Source: Candidatus Peribacteria bacterium
GTDB lineage: Bacteria > Patescibacteriota > Gracilibacteria > UBA1369 > LOWO2-01-FULL-3
Assembly: GCA_943357285.1 (NCBI GenBank)
Contig: CALRGJ010000003.1
Coordinates: forward strand, 2,013-66,012
DNA: 64,000 bases
Direction of reading: 5' to 3'
Under the pieces are notes generated by a model. It searched no databases. It was not told where the DNA came from and saw only the letters and a program-made list of their open reading frames with translations. The translations under genes were made by a program, and so were the position numbers. How positions within the stretch are numbered: the first letter of the stretch is position 1; each line of letters starts with the position of its first letter. This document shows, one piece after another, positions 39,259 to 49,367 of this stretch.

Positions 39259-40853
39259 TGTTTAATTAGTTTAAAACTGTTGACTGAGTAAAAAGTTGAT
39301 CCTGTTGGATCTGTAACTTTGTAAGTAAAAGTTGTTTTATCTGGGTTTGAAGCAATTAAGCTATCAAAGTCTGTTTTCATAAAAATCATCTGTTTTGGCT
39401 GATTGTTAGTGCTGAAAACGTAGCTTTCAAATGATCTTAGGTCAGTGCATGAGCTCAAAGAATCGTCGCAGAACACAAGGGTTGCTGTAGTCAAATATTG
39501 AGTTTGAGGAGCACCTGTCTTGATGTTTGGTAGGGTGTATTTGAAGGTGATTGGTTGAGTTCCAGTTACGCTATATGGTATTTCGTTATTTGATACTTGA
39601 GGATAGACAACTTTCATTGTAAAAGTGGTTTCATCAAAGATGTTTCCAACAATAGGAGGAGCCATAATTGCAGCTTTGTCATTCTCGCTAATTACTAGTG
39701 TTAGAGCATTTGTTGTAAGAATTGTTCCAGTAGGATCCTTGATTGTAAAAATGTAAGTTGGATTACCTCCGTTATTTGTAAGGTGATCTTTTACTTGAGT
39801 TACAAGAGTGTCGTTAGGAATTGTATAAACATATTTTCTGTAAGTTTCCGGATCTGTTTGGAATTTTTGATCCTTGTGGAAAATAGTTTTTGTATCTGTT
39901 ACAAGGTTTTGACACTGAGTGCCGTCGGCATTACATACTTGAGCGGAAATTTCAGCAATGTAGCTCGTTTTTGTATTTGGAGCTGCATCTAAATTGTATG
40001 TAGGAGTGTTGAATTGAAGACTGAGAGAATTCTTTACGTTTTTATCATAAAAGACCTGTGTTCCATTGTTGGAGTAACCACCACCTCCCGGTACCGAGTA
40101 ATAAGATAGACTCATGGTAGCTTTGTCAAAAAGTGTTTGTCCACCAGCTACTGCCGGTGCGGCACTGTAATCATAAAAAGTATAAGCTAGAGATTTTGAA
40201 GTTAGACTCTTTCCAGTGTTATCGTTGATTGTGTATTGGATTGTTCCTTGATCATTATTGCTAATTCCGGCAGTTTTTACTGCTGAATTTACTTCGTCTT
40301 TGCTTACCATAATTGTTCTATCTATCATGCTCATTGTTTGAACTGGAAGAGTTTTGATGTCAGAACACTTTGACCCATTGCAGATCTGTAAATGGGCTAC
40401 TGCACCATAGTCAGGGCCTGTATAAGTAGGCAGTTTAATGTTGAATTGGATTCCGTTAGTTGAGTCGTTATAAAAGATGATATTTGAATATTTATCTTCT
40501 CCTTGCCACTGGCGGCTGATGTCCATGGTTGAGGCATCAAAGGCTTCAGCTACTGGAGCAGTTTCAGTCGGTGGGGGAGTTGTTTGAGTTGGAGTAGTGG
40601 TTGGAGCTGTCGTTGTTGTTTGTGTTTGTGGCGTGCTTGTTTTTTTGCCACGTGGAATAAGCTCTCTGGTGGCAGGTTGAGTTTCTGTTGCTCTTGTTTT
40701 TGTTCTGATTGAACCTTGTGTGCCAGTGCTAGAACCAAAATAATATGTTCCAGATAAGATAATAACTAGCGCTAAAGCTCCAATAATAACTTTTTTTCTG
40801 GAATTGCCATTGTTTTCAGGAGTTGGAGTAGAATTTGGTATGAGATTTTCCAT
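39255..40853 (-). CDS. Secreted/anchored hypothetical protein with Thr/Pro linker and three Cys-pair repeat domains
   Basis: N-terminal TM 'VIIGALALVIILSG'. Linker 'TSTPQTQTTTTAPTTTPTQTTPPPTETAP'. Three about 140-aa repeats, each with a CxxxxxxC pair (QICNGSKCSD, QVCNADGTQCQN, VFCDDSLSSCTD). Overlaps the downstream gene by 4 nt. Confidence 0.5.
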   Translation of the reverse strand: MENLIPNSTPTPENNGNSRKKVIIGALALVIILSGTYYFGSSTGTQGSIRTKTRATETQPATRELIPRGKKTSTPQTQTTTTAPTTTPTQTTPPPTETAPVAEAFDASTMDISRQWQGEDKYSNIIFYNDSTNGIQFNIKLPTYTGPDYGAVAHLQICNGSKCSDIKTLPVQTMSMIDRTIMVSKDEVNSAVKTAGISNNDQGTIQYTINDNTGKSLTSKSLAYTFYDYSAAPAVAGGQTLFDKATMSLSYYSVPGGGGYSNNGTQVFYDKNVKNSLSLQFNTPTYNLDAAPNTKTSYIAEISAQVCNADGTQCQNLVTDTKTIFHKDQKFQTDPETYRKYVYTIPNDTLVTQVKDHLTNNGGNPTYIFTIKDPTGTILTTNALTLVISENDKAAIMAPPIVGNIFDETTFTMKVVYPQVSNNEIPYSVTGTQPITFKYTLPNIKTGAPQTQYLTTATLVFCDDSLSSCTDLRSFESYVFSTNNQPKQMIFMKTDFDSLIASNPDKTTFTYKVTDPTGSTFYSVNSFKLIKQ

Positions 40854-40984
40854 TTGTTTTTGGGTTTAATTTTTTGTTTATTATATCATAAAATGGCACT
40901 TTTCACAAGACTCCTATTCTGTAAATAGAGGTTGATTTTATCATGAAAAAAGGGAAAAATGGGGCGGTAGTTTCTATACCCCTT

Positions 40985-41070
40985 GCCCGGGTGGTGAAAT
41001 GGTAGACACGCAGGACTTAAAATCCTGTATCAGCAATGATGTGCGGGTTCAAGTCCCGCCCCGGGCACCA
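40985..41070 (+). tRNA. tRNA-Leu (anticodon TAA), CCA encoded
   Basis: Acceptor GCCCGGG/CCCGGGC, anticodon stem-loop CAGGA-CTTAAAA-TCCTG, long variable arm, T-arm GCGGG-TTCAAGT-CCCGC. Confidence 0.9.
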
Positions 41071-41100
41071 CTTTTGCAAATAACTTAATATATATTTTAT

Positions 41101-42021
41101 ATGGATGCACAAACTGGTTTGACCATACTTTTCGCTGTTGTGGTTATCGGATTTTTAGTGGCAGATCTTGGTTTTTTCAATAAAAGAAGTCATAAAATTG
41201 AATTTAAACCGGCTCTTTATCAATCATTATTTTGGGTAGGGGTATCTTTGGCTTTTGGATTTTTGATTTCTTTATTTATAGGTAAAGAGACCGCTGTAGA
41301 ATTTTTTAGTGCATATGTCACAGAGAAGATGCTTTCAGTAGATAATCTTTTTGTAATATTATTGATTTTTAGTTATTTCAAATTAGAGGAACAGTATCAT
41401 CATAAAGCCTTGTTTTGGGGAATATTGGGGGCAATAGTTTTTCGTGCCATCTTTATTGGGGCAGGTGCTTTTATTATTCATCAGTTCTATTGGGTATTAT
41501 ATATTTTTGGGGCAATACTTTTTTACACCGGTATTAAGTTATTAGGTGCCAAAAAAGAAGAACATATTGATTTCAAAAAAAGCAAAATAATTGCATTTGC
41601 TCATAAAATTTTGCCTTTTACGGATAGCCACCATGGAGGGAAATTCTTTTTTAAAGAGAATGGTAAATTCTATTTTACTTCATTGTTCATGGTTGTTTTG
41701 ATGGTAGAGGCGACCGATATTATTTTTGCTGTTGATTCTATTCCTGCGGTGTTTGCAATTTCACAAAATTTATTTGTAGTATTTACTTCAAATATTTTTG
41801 CGATTATGGGGTTGCGAGCATTATTTTTCTTGATTGAAAATGTTTTACATAGATTTCATCATCTACAAAAGGGCCTTGCGGTTATTTTGTTATTTATAGG
41901 ATTGAAAATGTTATCAGGAATATTCGGATTTCACGTGTCTTCGCTAATTTCATTCGGAGTTATCATGTTTGCACTTGTTTCATCCATCGTTTTATCCTTG
42001 ATATTTCCTAAGAAAATCTAG
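41101..42021 (+). CDS. terC: TerC family integral membrane protein
   Basis: 'EFFSAYVTEKMLSVDNLFVILLIF' and 'EATDIIFAVDSIPAVFAI' are the duplicated TerC signature motifs. 306 aa, polytopic. Confidence 0.85.
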   Translation: MDAQTGLTILFAVVVIGFLVADLGFFNKRSHKIEFKPALYQSLFWVGVSLAFGFLISLFIGKETAVEFFSAYVTEKMLSVDNLFVILLIFSYFKLEEQYHHKALFWGILGAIVFRAIFIGAGAFIIHQFYWVLYIFGAILFYTGIKLLGAKKEEHIDFKKSKIIAFAHKILPFTDSHHGGKFFFKENGKFYFTSLFMVVLMVEATDIIFAVDSIPAVFAISQNLFVVFTSNIFAIMGLRALFFLIENVLHRFHHLQKGLAVILLFIGLKMLSGIFGFHVSSLISFGVIMFALVSSIVLSLIFPKKI

Positions 42022-42142
42022 GTGTAACTAGGAACTATTATTTCGACTCGATATCTCAAATTTCTGGCTAGATCAAGCGTATGTGGCTGGAATTTGTGGG
42101 GCTTATATGCTAGTATCTGCGAGAATTATTAATTCAAACAAT

Positions 42143-43120
42143 ATGAAAAAGAAGATTTTAGCTGTTTCTGCATCTGTTATTGCTGCGGCGACTGGAATGT
42201 TGGGTGGATCGGCTGGCGTGTATGCTAAATCATATAAGGACACTAAAACTTATCAGAGTAGCAAGAGCTATATAGATAGTCTAAATAGCCAATTGGAAAG
42301 AACTTATAAGAGTGAAAAAGCTTATATTGATGCAACCTTGAAAAAGGCGGCAAAAGAAGCTAAGGCTGCAAAGAAGAAAAACCCTGATCAGTCTGCTAAA
42401 ATCGATCAGTCTTACAAGGATCTTAAGGCTTATTATCAAGATTTATCAGCAAAGTCAGAGGCGAGTTTTAAAGATGAAAAATCTAGTATGCAGGATTTGG
42501 TTGCTGAAGTTAAGTCTACCAAAAATGATGTGAATTATGCTGAAAAGTTGAGTAAAAAAGCAGAAATTTCTTATAAAGATCCTAAGGCTTATCTTCAGGA
42601 TATTATTGATAATGATGGAGGAAAATTTAATAAGACTTCTGTTACTGATTTATTGGGAAATTTGAGTACTAAGGTTGATGCTAGCTATAAGGATCAGAAG
42701 GCTTATGTACAAAGCTTAGAAGGAAAATTGTTGAGTGATAGTAAGTCTACAAAAGAAGATGCTGTTTATTTGGACGAAAAAAGTCAGAAAATTGATGCTG
42801 CTTATGCTGATCAGAAAGCTAATATTTCAGCTTTGATTGCCGAAACTAAATCTCAAAAAATTGATGTTAGTGATTTGAAGGATTTGAGCTCTAAGCTTGA
42901 TGCGTCTTACAAAGACGAAAAAGCGGCTTTTTCAGAAGGTAAATCGAATAAAGCTGATGCTGCTTATTATCAATCATTGAGTCAAAAAGCCGAGCAATCT
43001 TATAAAGATTTGAAATCATCTAAGGAAGATACTCAGTATAAAGCTGAAAAGTCTTACAAAGATGTTAAATCATTTTTACAGGATCCATCTCGTACTTACG
43101 AGAAGCCTACTTTGGAATAA
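42143..43120 (+). CDS. Secreted repeat protein with about a dozen [AS]YKD-x-KAY motifs
   Basis: Signal peptide 'MKKKILAVSASVIAAATGMLGGSAGVYA' from the internal ATG 42143. Lys/Ser/Asp-rich periodic repeats such as 'DASYKDQKAYVQ', 'DQSYKDLKAYYQ' and 'EISYKDPKAYLQ'. Confidence 0.55.
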   Translation: MKKKILAVSASVIAAATGMLGGSAGVYAKSYKDTKTYQSSKSYIDSLNSQLERTYKSEKAYIDATLKKAAKEAKAAKKKNPDQSAKIDQSYKDLKAYYQDLSAKSEASFKDEKSSMQDLVAEVKSTKNDVNYAEKLSKKAEISYKDPKAYLQDIIDNDGGKFNKTSVTDLLGNLSTKVDASYKDQKAYVQSLEGKLLSDSKSTKEDAVYLDEKSQKIDAAYADQKANISALIAETKSQKIDVSDLKDLSSKLDASYKDEKAAFSEGKSNKADAAYYQSLSQKAEQSYKDLKSSKEDTQYKAEKSYKDVKSFLQDPSRTYEKPTLE

Positions 43121-43135
43121 AGTTCTAAGTGGAGA

Positions 43136-44158
43136 TTATTTTTCGTACTTTTCTACGAAATTTTTGTATTCTTCGGGTTGAAGAACATAGTCATATGCAC
43201 CGCTAAAACTAAGGTGTTTTCCGCCGAATCCGGCTTTGAATACGCTAAGACCATGCCAATCATGGGCTTCATCGGTCAGAGATGGTGCTACGCCCCATAA
43301 GTCATATTCCTTATAGCCATTCATTTTAGCTACTTTCATGATATGCCAATGTAAGGCATATGGTCCCATGAGATTGCGATTTTCATTTGAAGATGCTCCA
43401 TAAAGATAAGTAGCTCTGTCGCCAAAATTTACGACAAGTGCGGAGGCTAGGGGAATACCTTCTGCTGATTCAGCAATGTAGAGCTCAAGTTCTGATTTCA
43501 TGCTTTGAATGAGTCCTTCGAAAAATCTGATTTGTTTACAATCAAATCCGTCTCTTTTTGCAGTGTCTTCGTAGAGTTTGTAGAATTTTGGTAATTCGCT
43601 CCATGAAGCTTTATAGACGCGGACATTTTTCTTTTCTGCTAGTCTGATGTTGTAGCGGCATTTTTGCTTCATTGCTGCGAGAATTTCTTCTTCGCTTGTT
43701 GCTAGTTCAATCACTCTGGTGTGACGTGGTTGTAGATTTAATGGAGATTTTTTCCAACCCAGTAGCATCCAAGAGGGGATACTTTCTACTCTTGGTTCCA
43801 TGCGCAGGTGAGTGGTTCTCATCTTTGCTGAAATTTCTATAATGCTATGTATAGCAGTTTCCAGGCTTCTCCATTGCCAAAATAGTTCGTCTTCGTTTTC
43901 GTAATTTAGAATTGGTCCTTCGGGAATATAAATGAAATTAGTTTCCTTGGTGCATTCGAAGGAATAGGCGATACAGCCACCGCATAGCTTGTTGCTTTTT
44001 GTATCAAAAATACCAATTTTGTAGCTATCCCAGTTGTCCCATTGTTTGAATTTTGCCCAAGAAAAGGTTTGATGAAAACCACCAGCTGTAGATTTTTTTA
44101 CTAAATCTTCCCAGTCCTTTTCCATTTCTTTGGTGATGTGTGTGCAGTAGTAGGACAT
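43136..44158 (-). CDS. FemAB-family peptidoglycan interpeptide-bridge aminoacyltransferase
   Basis: 340 aa. 'FHQTFSWAKFKQ' N-terminal block and the 'YLYGASS...NLMGPYALHWHIM' GNAT-like FemAB core. Confidence 0.7.
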   Translation of the reverse strand: MSYYCTHITKEMEKDWEDLVKKSTAGGFHQTFSWAKFKQWDNWDSYKIGIFDTKSNKLCGGCIAYSFECTKETNFIYIPEGPILNYENEDELFWQWRSLETAIHSIIEISAKMRTTHLRMEPRVESIPSWMLLGWKKSPLNLQPRHTRVIELATSEEEILAAMKQKCRYNIRLAEKKNVRVYKASWSELPKFYKLYEDTAKRDGFDCKQIRFFEGLIQSMKSELELYIAESAEGIPLASALVVNFGDRATYLYGASSNENRNLMGPYALHWHIMKVAKMNGYKEYDLWGVAPSLTDEAHDWHGLSVFKAGFGGKHLSFSGAYDYVLQPEEYKNFVEKYEK

Positions 44159-44862
44159 TAATTGTATTTTTCGTCATGAATATCTTTCTCTTCCATTCCT
44201 TTGGATTTGAGAAGATTAGTGACTTCCAAGATCATATCTTTTAGTCCGCACATATAGAATTCAGTATTCTTTGAATCAATGGCCGTTTTTTCTAAAATTT
44301 CTGTAACACGACCTTTTGAACCGGTCCATGAATCATTTTCAGGACGAGAAAGTGTGTATTCTACGGTAAAGTTTGGATATTTTTTTGCCAGTTCTTCGAA
44401 ATGTTCTTTGTAGAATACGTCTTTGATGTAGCGTAAGCCAAAAAGTAAGTGCATTTTCTGTTTATTTCCTTTGTTTAATTCATCTTCAATGAGAGATTTC
44501 ATCGGTGTAATTCCTGTGCCGGTGGCAATGAAAATCACAGATTTTTCGGGAGGAGTTTGAAAAATCAATTTTCCACTTGGTCCCATGAATTCTACTTGGT
44601 CTCCGATTTTCAAAGTGTTGAGCCAGTTACTGCCGCGACCTCCTGGGATTACTTTGAGGCATGTGGCTACAGTGTTTCCATCTTTCACAGGTGCTGTGGA
44701 AATAGAATAAGCTCTGAAGCACGGAGGCATTTTGTCAGCTATTTTATAAGTGACGAATTGTCCTGCCTTAAAATTAAAAGGCTGAGGAGTTTCGAATACT
44801 AGTTCAATAACGTCGTCTGTGAATTGTTTCTTTGTCTTGAGAGTGGCAGTGTTTAAAGGCAT
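44158..44862 (-). CDS. Ferredoxin-NADP reductase-like FAD/NAD(P)-binding oxidoreductase
   Basis: FAD motif 'FRAYSIS', 'GGRGSNWL', NAD(P) motif 'ATGTGITP', C-terminal 'FYMCG'. Its stop overlaps the FemAB start (TAATG). Confidence 0.75.
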   Translation of the reverse strand: MPLNTATLKTKKQFTDDVIELVFETPQPFNFKAGQFVTYKIADKMPPCFRAYSISTAPVKDGNTVATCLKVIPGGRGSNWLNTLKIGDQVEFMGPSGKLIFQTPPEKSVIFIATGTGITPMKSLIEDELNKGNKQKMHLLFGLRYIKDVFYKEHFEELAKKYPNFTVEYTLSRPENDSWTGSKGRVTEILEKTAIDSKNTEFYMCGLKDMILEVTNLLKSKGMEEKDIHDEKYN

Positions 44863-44877
44863 AGAAGATATTTAGAT

Positions 44878-44952
44878 TGGAGGCGCCATCCAGATTCGAA
44901 CTGGAGAATAACGGTTTTGCAAACCGCTGCCTTACCACTTGGCCATGGCGCC
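44878..44952 (-). tRNA. tRNA-Cys (anticodon GCA), CCA encoded
   Basis: The reverse complement folds as acceptor GGCGCCA/TGGCGCC, anticodon loop TTGCAAA, T-loop TTCGAAT. Confidence 0.9.
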
Positions 44953-44966
44953 TCGACAGGTTTGTC

Positions 44967-45557
44967 CTATTTCAGCGAAAACGAGTCTAACATTTCTCCT
45001 AGTGCTGTGACAACACTTTCGTCTTCGTTTGGTAAGTAAGAGGCTGTTACCGTATATGAGGTTGCGCCGCTGACAATATAAACTTGCTTGAAATGGATGA
45101 TTTGTTCGCTGGCGGATTTTTTGCCTTCAAATTCCGTATAATAAGTCGATAGTCCTTCTTTACCATAATTCATTTTGCCTTCCTTCTCATTAAGCAATTG
45201 GTAGCCGATTAAATTGTTTCTTGAAATTTCCATGCTGCTTTTTGCGAAATCTTTTACGCTGGCGCTATCTGTTTGGCGAAGCTGTTTTTGTGCGACATTT
45301 ATATTTGCAGTAAAAATATCACTCTTGATGTTGTTTCTGAATCCTATCATTGTTTCTGGTGGAACTGTCGAGGTGAAGCTGGTTTTATCAATTACTTCCC
45401 AAGCTTTTGGTATTTGTATGCTGTAGCTGCTATTCTCATAAATTAAGTTTCCTTCTTTTAATGGAGCCGAGGTGCTAGTGGAAGAACTGGAGCCACCGCA
45501 TCCTGTAAATAAAATGGAGGAAATAATTCCTATTGCTGCTAATTTTCTAAATTTCAT
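44967..45557 (-). CDS. Lipoprotein of unknown function
   Basis: Signal peptide with lipobox 'ILFTGCGG'. 196 aa. Confidence 0.6.
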   Translation of the reverse strand: MKFRKLAAIGIISSILFTGCGGSSSSTSTSAPLKEGNLIYENSSYSIQIPKAWEVIDKTSFTSTVPPETMIGFRNNIKSDIFTANINVAQKQLRQTDSASVKDFAKSSMEISRNNLIGYQLLNEKEGKMNYGKEGLSTYYTEFEGKKSASEQIIHFKQVYIVSGATSYTVTASYLPNEDESVVTALGEMLDSFSLK

Positions 45558-45654
45558 AGAGAGTTTATTTAGTATCTACGGATTGCATTCTAGCATATAT
45601 TGACTTTGCATAAATAGCGTATAGACTCAGGCTTGTTTTATTATCGGCAGATTT

Positions 45655-46563
45655 ATGAAAATAGGAATTCTTTCTTATCGTTCATCAAGCACTAAAGCTA
45701 CGAAGGAAGAGCTTGAGCTTAAGAAAGTAGCCAGAGAAAAAGGTCACGTGGCGCGAATTTTTCGTGCTTCTAAGTTTCAATTAATTTTTGATTCTAAGTC
45801 TCCGTGGCTTTTATATGATGGAAAACCTTTTGAAAATTATGATGTGGTTATCACAAGACCTTCTATTTTGAATAATGTGGATTTGCATGTGTCATTGATT
45901 CAGCAAATGGAAATGATGGGAATTCCTTTGTTTAATAGGGCTCAGGCGATTCTTGCTGCTAAGAATAAAATTAAGACGATGCAGATTTTGGATCACTATG
46001 GTATTCCGATTCCAAAGACTGTTGTTATTAGAAGAAAGGATGATTTGGGAGAAGTTGCTAAATTGATTGGTGGATTTCCGGTTATTGTTAAGCAACCGGT
46101 CGGTTCTTTTGGTGCCGGTGTGACTATTATTGAGAGTATGCGTGCTTTGAAGTCATTTTTGCTTTGGGATCAGCCTATGTATTTGATTCAAGAGTTTGTG
46201 AAATATTCTAAAGGTAAGGACATTAGAATTTTTGTTGTGAATGGGAAAATTGTTGGTTCAATGATGAGAAAAGCGAAGAAAGGTGAATTTAGATCCAATA
46301 TAGAATTGGGTGCAATTGGTAGACCTGTTGAAATTACTGAAGAAGAAGCTTCAATAGCTTTGCGTTCAGTGCAAGCTCTAGACTTAACTTATGGAGGTGT
46401 AGATGTAATAAGAGGTGTTAACGGACCTGTTGTATTAGAAGTAAACTCCAATCCTGGTTTCAAGGAATTGGAAAAAGCTACTGGAGTCAGTATTGCTGGA
46501 GCCATCGTTGATTATGCCATTGAATATGGCACAAGACATAGGCAAGCAGCTGCTAGAGCTTAG
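45655..46563 (+). CDS. rimK: RimK-family ATP-grasp alpha-L-glutamate ligase
   Basis: Collinear with E. coli RimK: 'KNKIKTMQIL', 'PVIVKQPVGSFGAGV', 'KGEFRSNIELGA', 'GVDVIRGVNGPVVLEVNSNPGFKELEKATGVSIAGAIVDY'. Confidence 0.88.
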   Translation: MKIGILSYRSSSTKATKEELELKKVAREKGHVARIFRASKFQLIFDSKSPWLLYDGKPFENYDVVITRPSILNNVDLHVSLIQQMEMMGIPLFNRAQAILAAKNKIKTMQILDHYGIPIPKTVVIRRKDDLGEVAKLIGGFPVIVKQPVGSFGAGVTIIESMRALKSFLLWDQPMYLIQEFVKYSKGKDIRIFVVNGKIVGSMMRKAKKGEFRSNIELGAIGRPVEITEEEASIALRSVQALDLTYGGVDVIRGVNGPVVLEVNSNPGFKELEKATGVSIAGAIVDYAIEYGTRHRQAAARA

Positions 46564-46572
46564 GTTTTACTA

Positions 46573-47190
46573 TTAACGCTTGTTGATAATATCGTCTACA
46601 AGGCCGTATTTCTTTGCCATTTCAGCATCCATGTAGTTATCACGATCGGTGTCTTTTTCAACAGTCTTAATTGGTTGACCACTATGTTTAGCAAGAATTC
46701 CGTTTAGGATGTTCTTAGTCTTTTTAATATGGTCTGCATGAATAATGATGTCTGAAGCCTGACCTTCTGTTCCGCCTAGAGGTTGATGAATCATTACTTC
46801 AGAGTTTGGAAGACAGAATCTTTTACCTTTAGCTCCACCTGTTAGTAGTACTGCACCCATAGAGGCTGCCATACCAAGACATACAGTAGATACGTCTGGT
46901 TTGATGTATTGCATAGTGTCATAGATAGCTAAACCGGCAGTTACATGACCACCTGGGCTATTAATATACATAATGATGTCTTTCTTAGGATCTTCGTTCT
47001 CAAGGAATAGTAATTGAGCAACGATTAAATTTGCTACGTGACTATCAATAGCAGTACCTAAGAAGATTACGCGGTCTTTAAGTAAACGAGAGTAGATATC
47101 AAAGGATCTTTCTCCAGCATGGGTCTTCTCAATTACTGTTGGAATAAGAATTGATTCAGACTGAATTGGATTGAAAGCTGAGGAGTGCAT
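46573..47190 (-). CDS. clpP: ATP-dependent Clp protease proteolytic subunit
   Basis: '[19 protein letters not shown]', catalytic Ser '[11 protein letters not shown]', His 'MIHQPLGG', 'DRDNYM'. Confidence 0.95.
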   Translation of the reverse strand: MHSSAFNPIQSESILIPTVIEKTHAGERSFDIYSRLLKDRVIFLGTAIDSHVANLIVAQLLFLENEDPKKDIIMYINSPGGHVTAGLAIYDTMQYIKPDVSTVCLGMAASMGAVLLTGGAKGKRFCLPNSEVMIHQPLGGTEGQASDIIIHADHIKKTKNILNGILAKHSGQPIKTVEKDTDRDNYMDAEMAKKYGLVDDIINKR

Positions 47191-47371
47191 AGGATGAAAT
47201 TTAAGGATTATTTTTGTTTGTGACTCTCATTATTATACCAGAAATGAACTTTTCTTTCAGGCGGTTGGAATTGACTTACTTGAGTCATCATTGTGAAATC
47301 ATTTTTATATGGTTAAAACGTGGCTTTTAAGCCTATAAATCGACTATTAGAATTATCTTGATAAAATTGTG

Positions 47372-47400
47372 TTGACTTTGTTTTTAATATTGAATACACT
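47372..47400 (+). promoter_or_regulatory. Candidate 16S rRNA promoter
   Basis: TTGACT (47372-77), 17-nt spacer, TACACT (47395-400). The upstream context ATAAAATTGTGTTGAC closely resembles that of the 23S promoter (ATAAAATGATGTTGAC). Confidence 0.55.
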
Positions 47401-47460
47401 GCCAACGCTCTGGAGATGGTTAGTAAAGATCTCTCCGATAATTTTCTTTCTGAAAATAGC

Positions 47461-47472
47461 TGCCCTTTAACA
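47461..47472 (+). promoter_or_regulatory. boxA-like antitermination element in 16S leader
   Basis: TGCCCTTTAACA differs by one base from the E. coli rrn boxA TGCTCTTTAACA. It sits at the 5' edge of the 16S processing stem. Confidence 0.45.
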
Positions 47473-47606
47473 TCTAGAATGTAATAGAGAAAAATTTGAG
47501 TTTTTCTCACAGCAAATGATTTAAATATCAGCGTTGTGAGTCATTATACAAACATTTTGGTTTAGCCTTCGGGCTTACCAATCTAATCTCGTAAAGAGAT
47601 TTCTTT

Positions 47607-49071
<1,465 letters not shown>

Positions 49072-49264
49072 TATGGAGAACAAAGAGTTGCAAACTTATG
49101 GGTTGGTTAACCACTCATAAGAATGCAAAATTCTTATGGTCGAACTGTCTACTTCGGTAGATAGTTACAAAAAGTCTCGATAGCAATATCGAGCAAACAA
49201 GTCCAGTCGCAAGACTGGCAAGACTCATTTTTTTCTCTATTACATTCTGGATGTTAAGGACAAA

Positions 49265-49291
49265 GGACCTCGTTGGAGGTCTTTTTCTTTT
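49265..49291 (+). terminator. Rho-independent terminator ending the 16S transcription unit
   Basis: GACCTC-GTTG-GAGGTC perfect 6-bp stem followed by TTTTTCTTTT. It lies just after the 3' half of the 16S processing stem. Confidence 0.7.
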
Positions 49292-49307
49292 GTGAAATTG
49301 ATTGTGC

Positions 49308-49342
49308 GCAAAAAAAAATAGACTCTCTTGCGAAAGTCTATT
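49308..49342 (-). terminator. Terminator hairpin (repeat copy 1), minus-strand sense with a plus-strand T-run as well
   Basis: TAGACTCTC-TTGC-GAAAGTCTA flanked by A9 on the left and TTTT on the right. It lies about 30 nt downstream of the stop of the minus-strand gene 49368..50414. Confidence 0.6.
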
Positions 49343-49367
49343 TTGATTTGAATAATAGGTGAGAGCT

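Noticed and set aside
41071-41100. A manganese (yybP-ykoY) riboswitch upstream of the TerC-family gene.
   Set aside because: Only 30 nt separate tRNA-Leu from the terC start codon. The sequence upstream of the tRNA shows none of the conserved riboswitch helices.
42083-42142. Upstream extension of the SYKD-repeat protein (track start 42083).
   Set aside because: The internal ATG 42143 yields a canonical signal peptide (MKKKILAVSASV...). The extension has no supporting features.
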